Virus record (IMG/VR): IMGVR_UViG_3300042289_000700
Source: an uncultured virus (IMG/VR IMGVR_UViG_3300042289_000700)
Taxonomy: Duplodnaviria > Heunggongvirae > Uroviricota > Caudoviricetes
Reading direction: 5' to 3' (one strand)
DNA length: 20,000 nucleotides
This document shows, piece by piece, positions 13,874-20,000 of the stretch. How positions within the stretch are numbered: position 1 is the first letter of the stretch; every line of letters starts with the position of its first letter. The notes beneath the pieces are model-generated. The model made no database searches. It worked only from the letters and a program-made list of their open reading frames with translations, and was not told the DNA's origin. The position numbers were made by a program, and so were the translations under genes.

Positions 13874-14523
13874 AGTGCTGTAATAATGGAAGCCACTTGA
13901 TAGCGCCAAGGCCAATCGATATATGTGGCTAGGTTTGCGGGGTTAGCCGTGTCTCCACGATAGGCTGCTGCGATATGACCCAGAGCCTGCTTCTCGCTCC
14001 AGTCGATATGGTTCGGGGTTTCAGGAGTTAAGACAAGTCCAGTGGGATTAATTCCATCATCAAACCAATTTGTTGCCAGCCATGGATAAGCGACATCTGA
14101 TTCAGATTTTGCAAAATCTCCATCATTAAACAATACCCAATGAATGGATTCCCAATAAATATAAATTGAACTTGTTAGTTTATATGATGGTTTTCCATTT
14201 AGATCTCCATCATACACATATCTTCCATTGTATTGTGTGGCGCTCAACCCCGAAACCACAACTGTAGATTCTGATATATCTCCAGATACAGCATTGTAGA
14301 TATCGCTCCACGCATACTGTTTAGGCAGAGAGATGTAGTCTGCTTCGGTCTTGGGTGCGCCTGCGGCTACGGCAATCTTGGCCCAGAGATAGCGTTCTGG
14401 GAGGGTAATGTAATCAGCGACCGACCCCGAACCCAACTCATTTACCAGCCACTTGGCAAGCATCACTCTTCGGGGCAGATCCGCCGCCGAAGCAAACACC
14501 GCATCTAAAGTAGGGAGAGCCAT
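13870..14523 (-). CDS. Putative virion protein with helical repeats and an inserted beta domain
   Basis: Five degenerate (A)DY(I)xLPxxY-type repeats, interrupted at about aa 83-168 by an AT-rich insert. Confidence 0.65.
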   Translation of the reverse strand: MALPTLDAVFASAADLPRRVMLAKWLVNELGSGSVADYITLPERYLWAKIAVAAGAPKTEADYISLPKQYAWSDIYNAVSGDISESTVVVSGLSATQYNGRYVYDGDLNGKPSYKLTSSIYIYWESIHWVLFNDGDFAKSESDVAYPWLATNWFDDGINPTGLVLTPETPNHIDWSEKQALGHIAAAYRGDTANPANLATYIDWPWRYQVASIITAL

Positions 14524-14542
14524 AGCCTATGGTCTCCGTCCT

Positions 14543-14788
14543 TTAAGCCATGCCCATGATTCGCTCGCCCATTCCAGCCATCGGGGACACGCCCGCTTCC
14601 ATTTCGTCAGCGGCCTCGTCCTCCATCTCGCCTTCGTCTTCGGCCTCTTCAGCCGCAATCTCGACGCCAGCCAACATGGTGGGGACAAGGGAGTCTCCCT
14701 CGACGCGAAAACTGACAAGCTCCTCAAATACGTCACCATCGGCAACGTCTTCGGGCAGGGTGTATCCTTCAGGTATAGTTAGTTTCAT
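14543..14788 (-). CDS. Small acidic protein (81 aa)
   Basis: Directly downstream of the capsid gene, E/D-rich, with GAGGAG upstream. Confidence 0.75.
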   Translation of the reverse strand: MKLTIPEGYTLPEDVADGDVFEELVSFRVEGDSLVPTMLAGVEIAAEEAEDEGEMEDEAADEMEAGVSPMAGMGERIMGMA

Positions 14789-14811
14789 AATAGTTATTCT
14801 CTCCTCATAGA

Positions 14812-14841
14812 GCTTGCCTTAGATTTTACTCCAAGGCAAGC
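14812..14841 (-). other. Stem-loop after the major capsid gene (stabiliser, processing site or attenuator)
   Basis: GCUUGCCUUGGA-GUAAAA-UCUAAGGCAAGC forms 12 bp with one G-U on the minus strand. There is no U-tract. Confidence 0.6.
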
Positions 14842-14863
14842 CTTGATGAATAGAGACTAGCTA

Positions 14864-16123
14864 TTAGGGAACCAAGTAGCCATATCCGCTACCGCTGGCG
14901 CAAGGAACAAGGTCGTTCGCAAGGCTGCAACGGAGGTGGATAATGTAGTATCCCCACTCAGGGAAGATCTGCTTGACGGCACAGGCCATCTTCGCCCGCC
15001 AGTAACCCGAGTTCTTGTCAGGATTGCACTGTTTATCATACTCGTTGATCCAGCGGAAATCTCCGCGATAGTTCTGAGCATCATAGACCAGCTTGCCGAC
15101 TTTGAGGTTAGGATTCGGGACGAGCCACTCCAGCGCCTTCGGATGGAAGATAACCGTGGAGGTGTACTTCGCATTCTTGTAGGCGGGGTTGACGATAGCT
15201 TTGGTGCCTTTGAAGGCCGAATCCGTGATATACGGAGGGACTTCGACAAGGGTGCCGCCAGCGCCATCGTTGAAGCGTTTCGGGAACGGACGGCTGTGGA
15301 ACACATAACCAGCGTAGCTCTTCTTGGGAAGAAGCATCTGGCCATTGGTGCCCAACAGATCGTTCACGCGATCACTCCAGCGGATGTCCTGACGGATGTC
15401 CTCGTTGATCTTGATCATCTGTTCGATGGTGGCACGATCCGACATCACGTTGAAGACGGGAGCGCCGTCATCGGTGACCGCATCGCCGTCATCTCCAGCG
15501 TTGTCCGAGTAGAGGCTGTCGTAGATCTGACGCAGAACGCCAGTCGTGAGAACGCTCGTCGGGGCCGTGAGACCAGTGATCGTGGCATTGTCACCACTAA
15601 AGGTGACGCCAGTTCCAATCTGGGTGTCAAAGCCAGCTTCGACGCTCAAGATATTGACGTTGGACAGATAGTCGTTGTCGTAACGCTTAATCCACTCGAC
15701 GTTGACGTTGTCGGCCAAGATCTTGATGTAGTTGTTGACATCATCAATCGGGAAAGCCGAAGTACGAACGTCTTCCAAGCAGATCCAATCCGACTCCACA
15801 GCCTGATGGCGGAGCGAGAAGTTTTTCTGGTCGAAGGCGTAGCCGACTTTCTTGACGGGAGCCAAGCAGGAGTTGTCCTGACCAGCTTCGCCAGTGACAC
15901 CGATGGACTCCCAACCACTGCCAGAGGCGATGGTACGGCGAGCAATAGTGTTGGTGATCGTTTTGCCCATGTTGTCGGGGAAGGCCGACTGGGTAACAAG
16001 ACGAAGGTAGGGATCTTTATAAAGACCCAAGCGATGGGTGCCAAGGGCAATACGTCCAGTCTCTCTCTGGAAATTGTCGTTAATGCTCTCGCAAGTAACT
16101 GAAGCAGCGTTAGGTGCTGACAT
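14864..16123 (-). CDS. Major capsid protein
   Basis: 419 aa, located after portal and scaffold, with strongly biased codons, its own promoter and a downstream hairpin. Size and composition are compatible with an HK97-type fold. Confidence 0.8.
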   Translation of the reverse strand: MSAPNAASVTCESINDNFQRETGRIALGTHRLGLYKDPYLRLVTQSAFPDNMGKTITNTIARRTIASGSGWESIGVTGEAGQDNSCLAPVKKVGYAFDQKNFSLRHQAVESDWICLEDVRTSAFPIDDVNNYIKILADNVNVEWIKRYDNDYLSNVNILSVEAGFDTQIGTGVTFSGDNATITGLTAPTSVLTTGVLRQIYDSLYSDNAGDDGDAVTDDGAPVFNVMSDRATIEQMIKINEDIRQDIRWSDRVNDLLGTNGQMLLPKKSYAGYVFHSRPFPKRFNDGAGGTLVEVPPYITDSAFKGTKAIVNPAYKNAKYTSTVIFHPKALEWLVPNPNLKVGKLVYDAQNYRGDFRWINEYDKQCNPDKNSGYWRAKMACAVKQIFPEWGYYIIHLRCSLANDLVPCASGSGYGYLVP

Positions 16124-16289
16124 AATATTTTATTTCTTTCTAGTTAAATAGGGTTAGATTTTGATTTCGGGATTTTAGGCCCTAAATCGGTTAAGTTCTG
16201 GGCCGCGACCAGAGATTTACGGCTACAAATTGTGAAGGCGCTAACTCGCCAGCAGAGTGTCCGCGACCAACTCGGACTCAAGTCTTGAG
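16124..16289 (-). promoter_or_regulatory. Structured 5' leader of the capsid mRNA
   Basis: Hairpins GUCCG/CGGAC, GGCG/CGCC and UCUGG/CCAGA, the last nested in UAAAUC/GAUUUA. TGGTCGCGG is duplicated at 16269-16261 and 16211-16203. Confidence 0.55.
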
Positions 16290-16292
16290 CGC

Positions 16293-16321
16293 AAACTATT
16301 ACATTTGCGTTAAATTGTCAA
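16293..16321 (-). promoter_or_regulatory. Promoter TTGACA-N17-TAGTTT for the capsid operon
   Basis: -35 at 16321-16316 and -10 at 16298-16293. An inverted repeat CGCAAA-N8-TTTGCG (16290-16309) overlaps the -10. Confidence 0.75.
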
Positions 16322-16331
16322 TAGCAGAATT

Positions 16332-17645
16332 TTAGCGGAAGATAGATTTTCCGAAATTCATCAGGCTGTCGGGATTTTCGTCATCCCCGTCATTGGTGTC
16401 GGTTTCGGTGGCCTTGCCCAAGCTTGGGGTGGCTCCGACCAAGCCTTCTAGCTGAGTCTGGAGTTCTTTGATCTTGCCGTCTTTTTCGGCGTTCACCCGT
16501 TCCATTTGGGTGGTGTAGTGGTTGATGGCACTCTCAAGGAAGGGGACTACAGCAGCCCGTGCGAGGATGGCGCTGCGGTCTTCGACGCTCAAGCGGTCCA
16601 GATTGGTTTCGGCGGCGTTCTTCTTGGCGCTGCGGATATGGCCATTCCACTCATCCTGTCCTTCGACTTCTTGGAGGAAGTTATAACGATCTTCCAAATT
16701 AGTCCAAGTTTTGGCCGTGAAGGCTTTTTGGAGACGAAGATCGTTTTCAATAAACTCTTGTTCGGACTGGGCCTTGCGGGCGTTTTCGGCTTCGGCCAAG
16801 GTTTCGGCCTCCTTCTGGAACCGCTCATGGTATTGGGCCAACTCATGGTATTTGTCGGCCATTTTGACGATGGAGAGTTGCTCCATGCGCTTGAAGTCTC
16901 CCGTCAGGTCTTCAAGAGAGTCGATTCGTTTGCGGGCATCGGGCTCGGTGAGGGCTTGCCAGAGTTTGCTGAAGTCGGCGTCATTGGCTTCTGCAATGGC
17001 CTTTAAATCGCCCTGAAGGCCCGCCAGAGGCTTTTTGATGGCTTCGACATATTCTGGACTTCTTTCAAAGTTGGCGGTCTTTAGCTCGCGGCCTAGCTCT
17101 GCCAAGCGAGTCTTGTAGCCTTCCAGTTCTTCTTGGAGGGATTTGACGGTCTCCCCCTCATACTTGCCGACCTTCTCTTTGGTGGCTTCCAGTTCGGCCT
17201 TGAGGCGATCCCGCTCTTCACGGGCCTTTTTCATTTCGATTTTAATCTCTTTCCAGCTTGAGATACCCTTTTCAGAATCATCACCTTCAGGTTTATCAGA
17301 AACAGCTTTATCTTGAAAATGGGGATTGAGAGGGAGATCGTCTTCCGAAGCTTCGGCTTTCGGGGTCTCGTCCTTGGTCTCCTTGGAAACGCTCTCGGTG
17401 ATCTTCTCTACGGCCTTGGCCGTCTCTTCCTTGGTGGCCTTGGGCTTCTTTTCGGCCTTGGGTTCCGCTTTGACGGGAGCGACCTTCTCCTCTTTGGGAG
17501 CTTCTTCTTTCGGCGCTTCGGCTGGCTCTGGAGTGGCGGTTTCGACTGCGGGTGCTTCATTGACTTCAGGTTGGTTTTTACCACCAAAGATGGTTCCAGC
17601 AAAGTCTGCTTCGCCCGTGAGGGCTGAGTTGAGGATATCGGCCAT
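16332..17645 (-). CDS. Capsid scaffolding protein
   Basis: 437 aa with an E/K/A/P-rich disordered N-terminus and long coiled coils, immediately upstream of the capsid gene. Confidence 0.75.
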   Translation of the reverse strand: MADILNSALTGEADFAGTIFGGKNQPEVNEAPAVETATPEPAEAPKEEAPKEEKVAPVKAEPKAEKKPKATKEETAKAVEKITESVSKETKDETPKAEASEDDLPLNPHFQDKAVSDKPEGDDSEKGISSWKEIKIEMKKAREERDRLKAELEATKEKVGKYEGETVKSLQEELEGYKTRLAELGRELKTANFERSPEYVEAIKKPLAGLQGDLKAIAEANDADFSKLWQALTEPDARKRIDSLEDLTGDFKRMEQLSIVKMADKYHELAQYHERFQKEAETLAEAENARKAQSEQEFIENDLRLQKAFTAKTWTNLEDRYNFLQEVEGQDEWNGHIRSAKKNAAETNLDRLSVEDRSAILARAAVVPFLESAINHYTTQMERVNAEKDGKIKELQTQLEGLVGATPSLGKATETDTNDGDDENPDSLMNFGKSIFR

Positions 17646-17695
17646 AAGTGTATGTATCGTTAATAGTTACTTGTTTGTATAGATGCGCTTAATAA

Positions 17696-17998
17696 TTAAG
17701 CTGTTTGTGTTTTGTCTTCTAAATCTATATGGGAGAAGGGTTCTGGCAAGTCGAATCTGGGTTTGGTCTCTACCTTACCATCGGCCAAAATAGAAATGAG
17801 ATCAATGACCTCTTGAGAGCCCTCATAAAAACCCGCACTCTTGATAAACACGGGCGACAGATCAAAGCCTTGGGCCACGGGGCCTGTTGAACGTTTCGGC
17901 CTAACGCGCCTTGCAATGTGTCGCAAGCCTTTCTGCATATGGGGCATCGCCCACGTTTTACTCCATTCACGGGCGTCCTGATCGGTCCATTCAGTCAT
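17696..17998 (-). CDS. Small protein between portal and scaffold (100 aa)
   Basis: Position typical of podovirus head operons; WTDQDAREW and AGFYEG motifs. Confidence 0.7.
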   Translation of the reverse strand: MTEWTDQDAREWSKTWAMPHMQKGLRHIARRVRPKRSTGPVAQGFDLSPVFIKSAGFYEGSQEVIDLISILADGKVETKPRFDLPEPFSHIDLEDKTQTA

Positions 17999-18048
17999 TA
18001 GATATATACTACCGCTATACGCGGATCTATGGTTTGTCTAGAAGAAAA

Positions 18049-20000
18049 TTATGCTTCGGTCGCCATCGGGGGTCGGCCTGCGGGCCTAGCCGTTTTCTCC
18101 AATATAGAACTCCGCGTCTTGAGATCATTGAGAGCCATTTGCTGACGGATGGTTTCCATCTTCTGCGCGTGGGTCTCTTGATTCATCATCCGCTTCTCTT
18201 GCATTTCGGCCAGTTTAAGTTGCGCCTTTTGGAATTCCATTTCCATCTTGGGATCAATCTGCTGCTGTCCACCCTCCTGCGGGGACATAGCTTGTTCCTG
18301 CATTTGGCTTTGTTCGGCCATGGCACGATTGATGACCTGTTGTTCCAACTCGTCCACATAAGCTGTGACGTTTTGAAGCTGGCGCTTGAGTTCGTTGACT
18401 TCTTGTTTGCGGAAGCTGTTGGTTGAGAAAAGAACCAGATGTTCGGTGGTGTGGTCGGCGGTAGGGCGAAGGATAGCCATGGCTTGCTCGTCTGGAATTT
18501 GTTGCTGACGATGCATCTCAATAATCTCAGCCATGAGCGGAATGTGGGCTTCGATATGCACAGCGTGGTTTTGACTATCATGCACCATCTGTTGGATTCC
18601 GTTGCGGAGGTTGCCGTTTTCCAAATTAGCGATATCAAAGTCAATCGTACGGCGCGGGCCCTTCTCCGAAACGAAGAGGTTGACCTTCTGCCAACCCACT
18701 CCAGAGATACCAGCGATGACGGAACGAAGGGTGTTTTCTTTGCCCTTTTCATCCATCAGGGAATAAAGCTCCATCAACTGCTTGGAGGCCATCTCGGTCA
18801 TTACGGGGCTCCCATCTCCCATGGCTCGGAAGGCTGTAACCTTCAAGAACTGGCGCATCCGCTCCACACTTACTCCCCTGCGTAGACAACGTTTGCGGAA
18901 TTCTAAGGCTAGGCGTCCACCCTTATCGTTTGCCGTTAATAGCGGGCTTACCGCCCTACGATACTGCTCGGTCAGAAGTTTGTTATATGGAGTATAAAAG
19001 AGTTCCAGTGCTGCGGCGTTGAGCGTGGATTCTTGACGGGCCTGCTGGACAACTTCGGTAGCCGATCTTGCCTGTCCTTCGGGCGTGGTCTGGCGCGAGC
19101 GGTAACTACCTGTATTATTCTGCAACACCTGACTCATCAGGTTGTAAACAGGAAGCCCCTGAGTTGCTACTGCGGGAGGTTGAAGTTGGATCGGGGTCAG
19201 CCCACTAGGGATGAACGTATAAGGCCCGACCTCAATGTATTGAAAGTCTTGGATGGCTTCGGCGTCACCCTGCAACTGGATGAGACCAGAGGTGATGGCG
19301 GCTTGGGCAGCTTGGCACAACACGCGGTTAGAAATCTGGATCTGGTTGTAGATCTTCTGCTTGAGTCCGCGAATGGTATGGAATGTCCCCTGACCAACTC
19401 CGTAGGTGAAGATAACAAAGCACTGATTTACGTTTCCATAGCGGCTGTAGCGTTCGTAGAGGAAGTCCGAAGAATCCCGACTCCCAATTAGCTGGGTGAA
19501 CTTACCATCAAACTCCTTGTTATAACCATAGACCAACTGGGCTCTGTGGTAGGCCGACTCCCCAGCGTAAAGATCGTTCTCCTTGATTTCGCGCTCAAAG
19601 TCTTCCCAGTGAGCGGTATAGTTTTTCCACTGATCTCGCTTGGTTGAAGCCTTCCAAATCGCCTGCTTAACCGCATTAAGATTCCAACCAAGGGCTTTGG
19701 CCGCTTTAGGATTGCGGATGTAGTTGTAAAGCTCGCTCACACTCATGGAGCGTTGGACAATAGCTACTTCGATAGACTCATCTGAAACCTTGGTGTCGCG
19801 GGCCACCTTGAAGTCTTTTAGCCCACAGGGCTCCCAGAAGATGGAGCGTTCATCGGGCCACATGGCCACCCCAACCCCGTCACCCACAAACTCCCTAGAG
19901 AGGAGTTGCATGTTATAGGCGTGGTCGCTCCACTCTTTGAGCATCCAGTCGAATTCTTCAGAGATGATCTCAGAGTCCTCGTTGGAGTCTCCTTCGTAGG
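18049..20000 (-). CDS. Portal (head-tail connector) protein, 5'-truncated
   Basis: The frame stays open upstream of ATG 19944 to the window edge. It has a RSATEV motif typical of podovirus portals and a Q/M-rich C-terminal coiled-coil barrel. Confidence 0.8.
   Translation of the reverse strand, partial: YEGDSNEDSEIISEEFDWMLKEWSDHAYNMQLLSREFVGDGVGVAMWPDERSIFWEPCGLKDFKVARDTKVSDESIEVAIVQRSMSVSELYNYIRNPKAAKALGWNLNAVKQAIWKASTKRDQWKNYTAHWEDFEREIKENDLYAGESAYHRAQLVYGYNKEFDGKFTQLIGSRDSSDFLYERYSRYGNVNQCFVIFTYGVGQGTFHTIRGLKQKIYNQIQISNRVLCQAAQAAITSGLIQLQGDAEAIQDFQYIEVGPYTFIPSGLTPIQLQPPAVATQGLPVYNLMSQVLQNNTGSYRSRQTTPEGQARSATEVVQQARQESTLNAAALELFYTPYNKLLTEQYRRAVSPLLTANDKGGRLALEFRKRCLRRGVSVERMRQFLKVTAFRAMGDGSPVMTEMASKQLMELYSLMDEKGKENTLRSVIAGISGVGWQKVNLFVSEKGPRRTIDFDIANLENGNLRNGIQQMVHDSQNHAVHIEAHIPLMAEIIEMHRQQQIPDEQAMAILRPTADHTTEHLVLFSTNSFRKQEVNELKRQLQNVTAYVDELEQQVINRAMAEQSQMQEQAMSPQEGGQQQIDPKMEMEFQKAQLKLAEMQEKRMMNQETHAQKMETIRQQMALNDLKTRSSILEKTARPAGRPPMATEA

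Noticed and set aside
14936..16102. 388-aa plus-strand ORF
   Set aside because: Antisense shadow of the codon-biased major capsid gene. The same applies to the other plus-strand ORFs opposite the portal, scaffold, nuclease and lysis genes.
1..20000. Stop-codon reassignment or programmed capsid read-through
   Set aside because: Genes tile densely under the standard code using TAA, TAG and TGA stops, and the capsid gene ends in tandem TAA TAG.

Overview
A 20-kb segment of a tailed dsDNA bacteriophage genome with a podovirus-like layout. Family calls come from motif recognition and gene context only; no searches were run. Most genes are on the minus strand. Reading from the right end they are: portal (5'-truncated), small protein, scaffold, major capsid protein, two post-capsid proteins, a lysis cassette (three membrane proteins, an unlisted 59-aa cationic peptide, a CHAP endolysin), small genes, a calcineurin-like phosphoesterase and an HTH-like gene. 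An oppositely oriented plus-strand cassette follows (5958-10329), containing a 1033-aa protein with exact 127-aa repeats and two further genes. The minus strand then resumes with a putative SSB/recombination gene, a SWIM finger, a Cas4-like exonuclease, three tiny lysine-rich proteins, a putative tail adaptor and likely ejection proteins. The most interesting signals lie outside the ORF track. They are (i) a promoter-to-terminator ~85-nt candidate sRNA at 5790-5880 with an exposed anti-start-codon segment, (ii) a ~77-nt multi-stem RNA plus a start-sequestering hairpin upstream of the nuclease, (iii) a structured capsid 5' leader with a duplicated UGGUCGCGG motif, (iv) sigma70-type promoters that each carry an inverted repeat, some driving leaderless or near-leaderless mRNAs, (v) a spanin-less lysis cassette with a disruptin-like peptide, and (vi) AT-rich module swaps in putative virion genes. 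No CRISPR array, reverse transcriptase, integrase or canonical tRNA was seen.
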